Assembly: GCA_963771175.1 (NCBI GenBank)
Contig: CAVYSY010000006.1
Span: forward strand, 64,001-128,000
Origin: an uncultured delta proteobacterium
Lineage (GTDB): Bacteria > Myxococcota > Myxococcia > Myxococcales > Myxococcaceae
DNA length: 64,000 nucleotides
Reading direction: 5' to 3'
This document shows, piece after piece, positions 21,826 through 32,989 of this stretch (positions within the stretch are counted from its first letter, which is position 1; each line of letters opens with the position of its first letter). Both the position numbers and the translations under genes were made by a program. The notes under the pieces are model-generated. The model worked only from the letters and a program-made list of their open reading frames with translations. It was not told the DNA's origin and did not search any database.

Positions 21826-22789
21826 CTAGAAGTCGTCGACGGGGTCCGGGTAGACCTCCTCCTCGTCCTCCTCCTCCACCGGAGCGGCGGCGCGGCCCCG
21901 GCCTCGGCCCTGGGGCTCGGGCGGCGCCGATTCAGGGCCCACCACGTACCACTGGCGGCCCTGCTGCACGCGCTTGAGCAGCCCCTCCTGCTCCATGGCC
22001 GCCAGCAGCTTGGCGAACGAGGAGAAGCCGTGGTCGCGCTCGTCGAAGTCCGGCTCCTTGCGGACGATGGTCTCCTTGATGAGCGAGGGGTTGAGCGACC
22101 CCGTCGCCCGCCCGAGCAGGCTCTGCACCACCTCCAGGGCGATCTCCGGCACCTCGGCCTTCCCCTTCTGCCCGTGCGCCTGCTCCTTGGCGGGGCGCTC
22201 GCTAGCCGCATGACCCTTGCCGTGCTTGCGACCCTTGGAGGGCTCCTCGTGCTCGTGGGCCGAGCGCTTGTCCTTGCTCCTTGTCCTTCTCCGCGCGGGT
22301 GCGGGGCCGGAGGTAGATGAACTCGTCGCAGGCCTTCACGAAGAGGGGGCTGGTGGCCTCCTTCACCGCGAGCCCGATGAGCTGCCGACCGTTCTCGCGC
22401 AGCTTGTACGCGAGGGGGCAGAAGTCACTGTCGCCCGAGGCGATGGCGAAGGTGTCGATGTGCTCGCGCGCGTAGCACAGCTCCAGCGCGTCGATGACCA
22501 GGCGCATGTCCGCCCCGTTCTTCCCCGAGCGGGTCGAGGGCGGCACGTCGATGAGCTCGACGCCGAACTCGTGCAGGTTGCCCTTGGCCTCCTTGAAGCG
22601 GGACCAGTCGCAGTAGGCACGGCGGAAGACCACCTTGCCGCGCTCGAGCAGACGGTCCATCGCCGGCTGCAGGTCGAAGTTGCCGGCGGTGAACCCGGTG
22701 TTCGTCACCAGGTTCTCGAAATCGAGGAAGAGCGCGATGCGGTGTTCTTTCTTCGTGTCCAAATAAGCCTCAGCGTTGGGTGCCGCCAA
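21826..22789 (-). CDS. NYN (LabA/DUF88) domain protein with C-terminal OST-HTH/LOTUS (frameshifts ~22200-22280)
   Basis: ALFLDFEN, KNGADMRLVIDA and SGDSDF; C-terminal PDFDERDHGFSSFAKLL. Confidence 0.9.
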
Positions 22790-22934
22790 GGCGGCAAGAG
22801 TGGGGACGCTCGCTCGGAGATTGCCTCTGCTGGCGCCTCACGGGGCGTACCCTACTCCCAACCCGCTCCTGCCACGTGAACTTCCTGGGGGCCGTGGGAA
22901 CTGGCAACCCGGGTCCACCCGAGGCCCGCTCCCC

Positions 22935-23546
22935 TCACGGGGAGCCCGCGTCCGGTGAGGCGAGTCGCTCCAACTCGTCCCAATCGATGGGCGGCACGCC
23001 TCCATCCAGCGGCACGCCCCCATCCGGGGCCGGGGGACGCTCGGCACGGATGCGCTGGCGAGCGACGGGCTTACCGTCGAAGGAAAAGAGCCGGATATAG
23101 GCCTCGATACACTCGGGCCCGAGTCCCGTGAGGTGCTCATCGAACGGTCCGAAGTGTACCGTCCTGCCGTACCAGTAGCCGGGCTCGAGAACCAGGAGAT
23201 CCTCCGGACGGGCCGGCGGCACGATGCCGTCCTCCCTGATGGATCCCACGGCTCCGTACTTGCAGTCCGAAACGCCCCAGAGTTCCACGTCAAAGCCTGG
23301 AATCAGCCGTCTGTCCAGACGCAGTGGGCCCGACTCGGGACTGACCAGGACTCGTGCAGAGAGCCCCAATCCATCATATTGGATGTCTTGGACTTCCAGT
23401 CGGACCCGAGGAGGAACCTGCGCGTCCGCCTTCATGGCCCCATGGTCCGGTGGTGATGGCGATTTCCTCCCGAAGAAAGGAAACCCCGTACAGGCAGCCA
23501 TCAGGAGAAGGGAAGCAGTTCCAAGTTCGAGACGGCTCACTCGCAT
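22935..23546 (-). CDS. Hypothetical lipoprotein (possible immunity/partner)
   Basis: Lipobox LMAAC; overlaps the upstream gene by 10 nt; lower GC. Confidence 0.7.
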   Translation of the reverse strand: MRVSRLELGTASLLLMAACTGFPFFGRKSPSPPDHGAMKADAQVPPRVRLEVQDIQYDGLGLSARVLVSPESGPLRLDRRLIPGFDVELWGVSDCKYGAVGSIREDGIVPPARPEDLLVLEPGYWYGRTVHFGPFDEHLTGLGPECIEAYIRLFSFDGKPVARQRIRAERPPAPDGGVPLDGGVPPIDWDELERLASPDAGSP

Positions 23547-24100
23547 GATGTCCTCGCGCCCTCTTCGTCAACACATGCGCATTCGGGGATGGGATGGCGC
23601 TTGGGGTCATTCCCTGGAACGTTGTGCCCCTGCTTATGGTTCCAGCCACAAGAATGTGCCAGCTCGTGGATGACCGCCTTGATGATGCACCCACGTGATG
23701 CAGGCTCCTCACACCAGTGAGTCTCCTTGACCGGATAGAAACGATGGTGCACGCCCTGGCTGGTCGTGAGAGTGAACGCGAGCAGGATGCTGTCAGGACT
23801 TTCTCTCTCCTCCTTGCATTTCTGCCGACTCCACTCGCTACACGTCACCCTGATATCGCGGCACTGCCGACGCATGCAGCTCATGAGAAGCTCGTCATCG
23901 ATCTTGTCCGCCTCCTCGAGGCACTCCTCGACAGTGGGCAGCTCGATCGAAGCAGGGCAGCTCGTCTTCATCGGTGTCCCTGGTCGATGCGATGTGGGAG
24001 TTGCGCACCCACCCCAGGCAAGAGACCCGAGCATCAACGCGACTCCAAGGGTCCGACGAATCCGGGCGGAACCCACCGTGAGGACTGGGTCCGGTATCAT
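23537..24100 (-). CDS. Cys-rich lipoprotein with metzincin Zn-binding motif
   Basis: Lipobox-like WGGC; IHELAHSCGWNH matches HExxHxxGxxH. Confidence 0.7.
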   Translation of the reverse strand: MIPDPVLTVGSARIRRTLGVALMLGSLAWGGCATPTSHRPGTPMKTSCPASIELPTVEECLEEADKIDDELLMSCMRRQCRDIRVTCSEWSRQKCKEERESPDSILLAFTLTTSQGVHHRFYPVKETHWCEEPASRGCIIKAVIHELAHSCGWNHKQGHNVPGNDPKRHPIPECACVDEEGARTSCE

Positions 24101-24173
24101 TAACCACTTCGAGAGCACCTGCGACTCCTAGCAATCCGCGCGAAGCCTACCTTGAGTCCCTGAGAGTTACTGT

Positions 24174-25289
24174 TCAGAGCGTGTCGCAGAAGCGCTCCAG
24201 CCTCGCGAGCGCCTCGGGCATGTTCGTCCGGCCCAGCCCCAGGCGGAAGTGGTTGCCCGGGAAGTCGTACACGTCTCCCGGCAGGAGCAGCACGCCCTCC
24301 TGGTCCACCAATCGCTGGCAGAACTCCGCCACCGGCATGTCCTTCAGCAGCAGCGGGAAGGCCACGCTCCCCGCCTTCGGGCGCACCCAGCGGAACGTGT
24401 CCGCCCTCCGCGCGAAGAAGTCGTCCAGCACCGTCAGATTGCGCGAGAGAATCTCCCGGCTCCTCGCCAGCACCTTCTCCTTCGCCCTGAGCGCGATCAA
24501 TGACAGCACCTCGCTCGGCGCCGCGTTGCAGATGGTCGTGTAGTCCTTGTACGCCGCGCACCGCTCCAGCAGCGCCGCGTCCCGGCCCACCAGCCACCCC
24601 ACCCGCAGCCCCGCCAGCCCGAACGCCTTCGACATCACGCCCAGGCTCAGCCCCCGGCCCGACAGCTCCACCCCCGCGGGCAGCGTGTCGCTCGGGTCGT
24701 GCTCCAGCAGCCGGTACACTTCGTCCGCCAGCACGTACGCGCCCCGCTCCTCCGCCAGCGCGAACAGGCCCTTCCACGTCGCCGCGTCCGGCAGCGCCCC
24801 CGTCGGGTTGTGCGGGAAGTTCGCCACCACCAACTTCGTGTTCGGCCGCAGCTCGCGCTTCACCGCCTCCAGGTCCAGCGTCCAGCCGTCCTCCTCCCGC
24901 AGCCGAAGCAGCGACACCTCCGCCCCCGTCGCCCGAGCCACCTCGTACAGCGACTGGTACCCCGGCCACGTCACCACCGCGTGGTCCCCAGGCCCCAGCA
25001 GCACGTTCATCAGGACGAAGATGGCCTCCTCGGCCCCCGCGAACGTCAGCACCTGCTCCGGCCCCACTCCGCGGTACAGCCGTGCAATCTCCTCGCGCAA
25101 CGCCGGCAGGCCCGTGGACTCCGTGTAGCCGAGCGTCAGCCGCTCCCACCGCTCGCGACTGTCTCCGTCCGCCAATGCGAGCAACTCGCTCATCCGCCAG
25201 CCCTCGATGTCCGAGGTGCACAGCAGGTGCGGCGCGTTGAACTCCCACTTCGCGAAGTACCGCTCGAGCGTGAAATCCGGAATGCGCAT
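24174..25289 (-). CDS. PLP-dependent class I/II aminotransferase
   Basis: NFPHNPTG, ADEVY and MSKAFGLAGLRVGW motifs. Confidence 0.95.
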   Translation of the reverse strand: MRIPDFTLERYFAKWEFNAPHLLCTSDIEGWRMSELLALADGDSRERWERLTLGYTESTGLPALREEIARLYRGVGPEQVLTFAGAEEAIFVLMNVLLGPGDHAVVTWPGYQSLYEVARATGAEVSLLRLREEDGWTLDLEAVKRELRPNTKLVVANFPHNPTGALPDAATWKGLFALAEERGAYVLADEVYRLLEHDPSDTLPAGVELSGRGLSLGVMSKAFGLAGLRVGWLVGRDAALLERCAAYKDYTTICNAAPSEVLSLIALRAKEKVLARSREILSRNLTVLDDFFARRADTFRWVRPKAGSVAFPLLLKDMPVAEFCQRLVDQEGVLLLPGDVYDFPGNHFRLGLGRTNMPEALARLERFCDTL

Positions 25290-25335
25290 GCCGCCTCGCT
25301 ACCGTGAGCCGAGCGGCTTTGCAAAGAACGCCGCC

Positions 25336-26211
25336 CTACGAGGGGGTGACGGCCACGGGCTTCTCGGGTCTCGCCAGCAGTATCACCGCCGTCAGGATGA
25401 GCAGCCCTCCCACGCCCTGCAGCAGGCTCAGCCGCTCGCCCAGCAAGAACGCTCCCAGCAGCACCGCCACCAGCGGCTCCACCGTCGAGAGCAGCGACGT
25501 CACCACCGGCCCCACCTTCTCCATCCCCGCGAAGAAGGTCAGCACCGCCACCACCGTGGACACCAGGGACAGGCCCGCCACCGCCATCCAGCCCGCCGGC
25601 GTCTGCGGAAACGCCGGCCCCTGCGCCACCATCAATCCCGCGTACACCACTCCCGCCGAGCCCAGAATCACCGTGGAGGCCGCCAGCGGTCCCGCCGGCC
25701 CCACCACCCGCGAGCTCGTGAAGACATACACCGCGTACACCAGCGCCGACATCACTCCGAACACGATGCCTCGCGGGCTCGCGCCCCCGTTCAAATCAAT
25801 CGTCAGCGCCGTCCCTCCGAGCGCCAGCACGATGGCCACCGCTCGCAACCGCGACATCCGCTCGCCGTCCACCACCACCGCCAGCAGCGCCACCAGCGCC
25901 GGGAACAGGTAGAGCAGCAGCGCCGTCAGCCCCGCCGACGCGTGCTTCAGCGCGGAGAAGTACGCCAGGCTCTGCCCCACGTACCCCACCGCCCCGAGCA
26001 GCACCAGGCTACCCAGCACGCGACCTCGGGGCAGCGGCACCCGCCGCATCACCATCACCGCCCCCAGCACCAGCGCCGCCGAGGTGAAGCGCAGGAACAG
26101 CACCGTGGGCGTGTTCGCCCCCGACGCGTACGCCACGCGCCCGAAGATGCCGAGCGCCCCGAAGGACGCACCCGACAGCAGGATGAGGAGGATGCCCACC
26201 GTACGGCTCAT
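25336..26211 (-). CDS. DMT/EamA family transporter
   Basis: About 10 hydrophobic helices in two repeats; LLSTVEP and LLGERL motifs. Confidence 0.92.
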   Translation of the reverse strand: MSRTVGILLILLSGASFGALGIFGRVAYASGANTPTVLFLRFTSAALVLGAVMVMRRVPLPRGRVLGSLVLLGAVGYVGQSLAYFSALKHASAGLTALLLYLFPALVALLAVVVDGERMSRLRAVAIVLALGGTALTIDLNGGASPRGIVFGVMSALVYAVYVFTSSRVVGPAGPLAASTVILGSAGVVYAGLMVAQGPAFPQTPAGWMAVAGLSLVSTVVAVLTFFAGMEKVGPVVTSLLSTVEPLVAVLLGAFLLGERLSLLQGVGGLLILTAVILLARPEKPVAVTPS

Positions 26212-26347
26212 GACGGTGCACCATACCGGGTCCGCGCGAGGTTCAGCGCAGACGTTTCCTTCTCACGGCGTCGCCGGAATCACGCACGTCGGGTTGGCGC
26301 ACCCGCGAACGGCGATGGCCACGACCACCTTCGAGAAACACCGACCT

Positions 26348-26380
26348 CCCGGTCGCGTTCCTCTCGAACTTGTCCACTAA
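26348..26380. repeat. Left half of dyad unit type A (IS target)
   Basis: CCCGGTCGCG-N8-GAACTTGTCCAC-TAA; core half identical to the intact copy at 41804. Confidence 0.85.
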
Positions 26381-28112
26381 AGAGCGATCGATAAATCCCG
26401 TGGGTGGGCAAGGCGGGTGATCCAGAAGATGGGTGGGGAAGCGCAGCCCCACCCCTGGGGTTCGGGAGCGAGAGGCCACCTGATGAAGTAGGCAGGAGAA
26501 GTGAACAGAAGAGCGCGCCGAGCAATGCGAGGGAAGCGTACGGACGAAAGAGCCGGACAGGTCGCAGGGCTGGTTGTTCAAGCAGATGCCGGAGCAGTTG
26601 GTGGAGCCGGAGCACCCGGTGAGGGTGGTGGCGGCGGCGGTGGAGGCGTTGGACCTGAGCGGCTTTCTGGCCGAGGCCAAGGCGGTGGAGGGACACGCCG
26701 GGCGCCCGGTGACGAGCCCGCGGTTACTGCTGGCGCTGTGGGTGTACGGGATTCAGCAGGGAGTGGGGACGGCGACGGAGCTTGCGCGCCGGTGCGAGGA
26801 GGACAGGGCGTACGAGTGGCTGGCCGGTGGAGTGAAGGTGAGCCACGACAAGCTGAGCCAGTTCCGGGTGGAGCACCAGGAGGTGTTGCAGCAGGTGTTC
26901 ACCGACGTGCTCTCGGTGCTGTTGCAGCAGGGGCTGGTAGGCCTGGAGCAGGTGGCGCAGGACGGCACCCGGGTGAGGGCCAGTGCCTCGGCGCCGTCGT
27001 TCCGGCGCGAGCAGTCGCTGCAGGAGTGCCGACAGCAGGCCGAGCTGCACCTGGAGGCGGTGCTGGCGCAGAAGGACGACCCGGAGCTGACGCGTGGGCA
27101 GCAGGCGACACGAGAGGCCAAGGCGCGTGACTACAAGGCGCGGGTGGACGCGGCGCTGGAGGCGATAAAGCAGCAGCGGGCCAGGAAGAAGGGGGCGGAC
27201 AAGGACAAGGTGCGTGCCTCCACCACGGATGCGGATGCGCGGGTGATGAAGATGGCCGACGGGGGCTTCCGGCCCGCCTACAACCTGCAATTCGCGGTGG
27301 CTGGGGAGACGCTGGGTGGGCCGCGAACGATTGTGGGGGTGGAAGTCACCAACCAGGGCAGCGACCTGGGCAGCGTCAGCCCCATGGTGGAGCAGATTGA
27401 GCAGCGCACGGGCCAGGTGCCCGAGCGCCTGCTGGCCGATGGCAACCACGCCACGTGCGAGGACGTGAAGCAGTGCGCGGCCAAGGGGATTGAAGCCCTC
27501 ATCTCGGTGCCTGAGCGCATGGCCAACGCCAAGGAGCAGGGGGACCACTCCGCCGAGGTAGAGGCCTGGCGTGAGCGCATGCGCACGCAGGAGGCCCGGC
27601 AGCAGTACAACAAGTCGCGCGCCAGTCTGGTGGAGAACGTCAACGCGCAGGTGAAGGGACGCTACGGCCTGACGCAGGTGACGGTGCGGGGCCTGGACAA
27701 GGTGAAGAGTGTCGCCTTGCTGGTGGCCCTGGCGCACAACCTGGCCGCACACGGCCAGCCTCTGGTGGATGCGCTGCGGGCGCGCCAGAGCGCGCTGCCG
27801 AGCGGGCTCACCTCCTCGAGCTGACCGCGGGAAACCCGGTCTCCCACGGGGGCGACATCAGCCCGGTGGGCCAGGTCACCGCCTTGCCTGCTGGCTTCTG
27901 ACGACCAGCCCGCTGCTGCGTGTGTGGTGTGACCGGGCCTCAGGCTCCAACGAGGCGATGAGCCCCCGGGCGTGTGTTTGAATTCCGCTCTCGCCTGCTT
28001 CCACCTGCACAACCCCCCTCCAGCTCCGCGCCTCGGGATGGGCGATTACCTCCGCCCACCCCTCCTCTTCCTGATCGCGCTCTGCTCCGGCGAGGGATTT
28101 ATCGACTGCTCT
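26381..28112 (+). mobile_element. IS1182-family insertion sequence, 1732 bp, 19-bp terminal IRs, TAA target duplication
   Basis: IRL AGAGCGATCGATAAATCCC (26381-26399); IRR GGGATTTATCGACTGCTCT (28094-28112), 17/19 match; TAA at 26378-80 and 28113-15. Confidence 0.9.
26501..27824 (+). CDS. IS1182-family DDE transposase (probable 5' frameshift between GTG 26501 and ~26540)
   Basis: EHPVR, GRP..P..LL.LW.YG, QDGTRVRASAS, STTDADAR.MK, PAYNLQ, LADGNH and VENVNA..K motifs. Confidence 0.92.
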
Positions 28113-28237
28113 TAAGTGTACAAGTTGCTCAACATCGCGCCCGGAGGGCGCCCTGTCCTCCGAGACCACAGGCCCCCCGGCCTCGTTCTTCACAAACCTG
28201 TCCGACTGTCGGACAGGTTTTTCGGAACCGAGCCCGG
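28113..28237. repeat. Right half of dyad unit A plus unit B (copy 2)
   Basis: TAA-GTGTACAAGTTG-N8-CGCGCCCGG; then AAACCTGTCCGAC-T-GTCGGACAGGTTT at 28194-28220. Confidence 0.88.
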
Positions 28238-28263
28238 CGGCCCCTCCCGCCCGAACTCGAGGC

Positions 28264-29232
28264 TCAGCGCAGCAACAGCAGCATCAGCGCGAGCAGCACC
28301 AGCAGTACCGCGCCCACCACCCCCACCACCTTCGCCACCGACACCGGCGCCTTGCCCAGCACGAGGTTCGCGTCCTGCCCGTGCACCACCACCCGGTACA
28401 CCTTGCTCCGGTACCGGTACGCCAGCACGTACGCCGGCAGCGCGTAGCGCTTCGTCTCCAGGCTCGACAGCACCACCGCCACGTGCACGTTGCGGAAGCG
28501 CCTCCCGGGGAGGTGCGAGCGCTCCACCTGCTCGCGCGCCTCGGCCTCCACCCCCTTCAATATCTGCCGCCTCGCCCCCGAGCGCGTCACGTCGAAGCGC
28601 TCCACCTGCGCGTCCTCCGGCCCTCGCGGCGCCGCCTCCACCCCCTCCAGCGTGTACCGCTCCGCCAGCCGCTCGCACTCGTCCTCCGTCAGCCCTCGCG
28701 ACGCGGACACCAGGATGTCCTGGAACGTGAGCTCCACCTGCCCCGCGTGCGGCGCCCAGGCCGAGCGGCCGCTCCCCGCATCCGAGTCCGCCGCCCAGCT
28801 CACCCGCGCCCCCGCGCTGAAGGCCCACGCCGGCCACCACATCGGCCGCAGCGACTGCAGCGCCGCCATCGCCGCCAGGTCCGACGGTCGGAAGAAGCGC
28901 TTCTCCGCCAGGAAGCGCATCAACGCCCCGCGCGCCGCCTCCGGGTCCACCGCGAAGGGCACGAAGGCCTCGGCCTGCTCCAGCGGGTCCGCCGTCGTCT
29001 CCACGTGCATCACCGACGCGCAGAAGGCGCACCGCGGCGCCTTCACCTCCGCCGAGTACTCCAGCGAGGCCCCGCACGTGCCGCACCGCACCACCTTCGC
29101 CTGCTCGCGCTCGGCCAGCACCCCCGCCTCGCGCGGCGCCCCCACCGCCAGCCCGCAGATGGGACAGCGCAGGTCCCCCAGCTCCAGCCGGCTCCCGCAC
29201 CGCGCGCACCCCGCCACCGCCCGGGCCGTCAT
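28264..29232 (-). CDS. Zn-ribbon membrane protein (paralog 2)
   Basis: Four CxxC pairs, VVHGQDA motif, C-terminal TM; ATGA overlap with the upstream paralog. Confidence 0.8.
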   Translation of the reverse strand: MTARAVAGCARCGSRLELGDLRCPICGLAVGAPREAGVLAEREQAKVVRCGTCGASLEYSAEVKAPRCAFCASVMHVETTADPLEQAEAFVPFAVDPEAARGALMRFLAEKRFFRPSDLAAMAALQSLRPMWWPAWAFSAGARVSWAADSDAGSGRSAWAPHAGQVELTFQDILVSASRGLTEDECERLAERYTLEGVEAAPRGPEDAQVERFDVTRSGARRQILKGVEAEAREQVERSHLPGRRFRNVHVAVVLSSLETKRYALPAYVLAYRYRSKVYRVVVHGQDANLVLGKAPVSVAKVVGVVGAVLLVLLALMLLLLR

Positions 29233-30137
29233 CGCCCACCTCCGCCGCCCAGCAGCACGTACAGCAGCACCCCGAGCGCCACCACGCCCACCACCGTCAG
29301 CAGCACCTTCACCCACGAGATGGGCACCGTCCCGTACACCTCGCCCGACTGCCCGTTCACCACCACCCGCAGCGGCGGCTTCTCCGGCGCGTAGCGCGCC
29401 GCCAGCACCCAGACGGGCACCAGGCACACGTCCAGCGACTCCGCCTCCAGCCGCGTGTCGTGCCTCACCTCCCGGTGCGAGTCCCCCGGCATGAAGTCCT
29501 CCAACCGGCGGCCCACCCGCGCCAGCGCCTCCTCTCGCGCCAGCTTCAGGCACTCGTCACGCGAGAGCGACGGCTCCTCCGCCACCCACCCCGCCACCAG
29601 CGCCGGCTCGTAGCGCGCCAGCACCCTCAGGTCGAAGGGCTCCAGCTTCTCCAGCTCCGCGTTGGACAGCCCCCGCGAGGCCGTCACCAGCACGTCCGGC
29701 ACGTACTCGGAGTGCTCGCCGTGCAGCGGGCGCCACTCCGTCTTCGTCACCGTGCGCGTCTTCGTCACGGTCTTCCCGTTCTCCGTCGTCGTGTACGTCT
29801 CCGTCTCGGTGTAGTTCTCCCCGATGGAGGCGCTGTACCGGGAGGCCGCCAGGGCGCTGTAGAGGTACGCCGGCACGTACACGCCGCGCACGTCCTGGAG
29901 CGAGGCGCGCTTCAGCCCCGAGTGGCTCCACGGGTTGCGCGTGCGCAGCCAGTGCTTCACCCGCTCGCTCGCGGCCGGGTGGGTGAGCGCGAAGCCCAGC
30001 GCGAAGGTGGGCGCCGGCCTGTCCAGGCTCGGCGGCCTCTCCACCACCGAGGGCGCCGCGCAGTACGGACACACCGCCGTGCGCAGCTCGGGCGCCACCA
30101 CCAGCTCCGCCCCACAGGATTGGCACCGTAGGTTCAT
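29229..30137 (-). CDS. Zn-ribbon membrane protein (paralog 1)
   Basis: CQSCG..CPYC, GVYVPAYLY, LEPFDL and VVNGQSGEV; C-terminal TM. Confidence 0.8.
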   Translation of the reverse strand: MNLRCQSCGAELVVAPELRTAVCPYCAAPSVVERPPSLDRPAPTFALGFALTHPAASERVKHWLRTRNPWSHSGLKRASLQDVRGVYVPAYLYSALAASRYSASIGENYTETETYTTTENGKTVTKTRTVTKTEWRPLHGEHSEYVPDVLVTASRGLSNAELEKLEPFDLRVLARYEPALVAGWVAEEPSLSRDECLKLAREEALARVGRRLEDFMPGDSHREVRHDTRLEAESLDVCLVPVWVLAARYAPEKPPLRVVVNGQSGEVYGTVPISWVKVLLTVVGVVALGVLLYVLLGGGGGR

Positions 30138-30256
30138 TCCCCGCATCTCCGCATCTCCGCCCGGCGGCGGCCCCCTCCCCAAAAAAAGACTGCCACCCCC
30201 TCAACATTTTCCCCATATTGGGTTACATCTACCCCTGCTTGCCCAGATTTCACTCC

Positions 30257-30748
30257 ATGCCTTCTCGGGACGAAATGCCCCTGTCCTGCGTCTCACCGCC
30301 CTCCGCGCCCTCCCTGGTCACGGTCGAGGAGGCGTTGTCGCCGCTCCTGGTGGTGAAATTCGGTCGTTCCGGCTCGGAGCAGGACCTGGATACGTACCTG
30401 ACGGCCCGAGCTACGTACCTGTGGCACGAGCAGCCGCACGTCGTCATCTTCGACGCGCGCCAGGTGCACATGCTGTCGGCCCGGGTGCGCCAGCGCTACA
30501 CCGAGTGGCTGCGCGAGCACGAGGTGGCCCTGCGCCGGTGGACGCTCGGCACGGCCTACATCATCGAGTCCCCCACCGTGCGGATGATGATGAGCGTCGT
30601 CCGCCACTTCGCGTCGATGGCGAATCCGTTCATCGTCACCGCCACGGTGCCGCCCGCCGCCGCGTGGGCGGCCGACCGCCTGTCCGAGGCGGGACTGGCC
30701 CAGGCCGCCGCGCGCATCCGCGCCTACTACGCCGTACCCTTCAGCTAG
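30257..30748 (+). CDS. Hypothetical STAS/SEC14-like protein
   Basis: VVIFDAR...AYIIESP alpha/beta pattern seen in myxobacterial STAS/SEC14-like proteins. Confidence 0.55.
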   Translation: MPSRDEMPLSCVSPPSAPSLVTVEEALSPLLVVKFGRSGSEQDLDTYLTARATYLWHEQPHVVIFDARQVHMLSARVRQRYTEWLREHEVALRRWTLGTAYIIESPTVRMMMSVVRHFASMANPFIVTATVPPAAAWAADRLSEAGLAQAAARIRAYYAVPFS

Positions 30749-30847
30749 GCCCCGGCCCGGCTCCCTTTCGCTGTTGCCTCCGGGGCACGCGGCGGGAAGA
30801 TGGGGCGCCCTGTCCGGCGCACCACCCCTCCCTCGGAGCCCCCTCCC

Positions 30848-31732
<885 letters not shown>

Positions 31733-31737
31733 CTGGC

Positions 31738-32989
31738 ATGGCGCCTCGTCTGACCGTTGCGGTCTTGCTGTTGGCCCTGTCCACCGCGTGCGCCTCCACG
31801 CATGTGGTGCGGCTGGACACGGGGGAGGGGGCGCCCGTGGAGTACAGGCCGCCCACTTCGAGCAAGTCCGTGAGGGTGGACGCCGAAGCGTTCGAGGACG
31901 CGCTGGCGCGGTGGGTACTGAATACGCCCCTGCCCCTCCGCTCGCCCCAGCAGGGCTGGCTGGTGCGTGCCTCCTACCCCAGCGACGCCACGGACACTCG
32001 AAGCTCGCGCCTGATGCGCAAGGGCTTCGGCGACCTCTGCGCGGCGGGCCAGCGCGGGGACGATTGCCTGTCGCTGCTCGATGACGTGGTGGGCCTGAGT
32101 CAGTGGGACAAGCTGGGAGTGGCCCTGGGCCTGTCGCTCGACCCCTTGAGGGAGAGCATCTCCAGGGCGGTGGAGGACACCCTGGCCCCCCAGCTCTTCT
32201 ACACCCTCATCTCCACGGGCCTCATCACCTGGGCCGTCCTGGCGGCCAACCCCGAGCCCGTCTTCACCAAGGCCGCGGCCCTCGTCTCCGCGGTGATGTT
32301 GATCTACCTGGGAGTGGAGAACTTCCTGGAGGTGGTGGAGGCGAGCCGGGAGCTGAAGCGGGCCACCGACAAGGCCACCACCGCCCTGGAATTGGAGCGG
32401 GCCGGCCGACGCTTCGCCTACCGGGTGGGACCGCAGGTGGCACGCGTCTTCGTCCTGGCGGTGACGGTGGCGGTGAGCCAGGGCATGACCGGGGGCGCCG
32501 CGTGGCTGGCGTCGCGGCTGTCGATGCTGCCCCACTTCCCGGAGGCAGCGGCGGTGGGAGCCTCACGGGTGGGTATCCACCTGGCGAACGTGGGACAGGT
32601 GAGCGAGGTGGCTGTCGTCGGGAGCACCGTCGTCATTGCCCTGCCCGCCACGGCGGTCGCCATGGTGGCCCGGGGCCAGGGAGCTGGCCAGGACGCGGCC
32701 GGTGCGAGCGGGCAGCTCCACCACGTCATCTCCAAGCGCATCGCGGCAAGCGCTCGAGAAGCATCGCACGCTTCGAGGCCATTACACCGCGAGGGATCCA
32801 CGGTTCGTCACGCGAGCCGCCGACAAGGCCTCCCACAACGGCTACCAGCGGTGGCACCGCGATGTAGATGACGAAGTCATCGAATGGCTCAAGAGATATG
32901 ACGAAGCAACACCCGCGGAGTTCGAGGCCTTCTTGCGGCAGCTCTACAACCGACCCGCGATGCGTGCGAGGTTCCCCAATGGCTTCTGA
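31738..32989 (+). CDS. SitA5-like polymorphic lipoprotein toxin with His-rich nuclease-like C-terminus (frameshift ~32745)
   Basis: Lipobox LSTAC followed by HVVRLDTGEG, NPEPVFTK and hydrophobic helices; C-terminus HHVISK...HNGYQRWH...RFPNGF. Confidence 0.75.
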
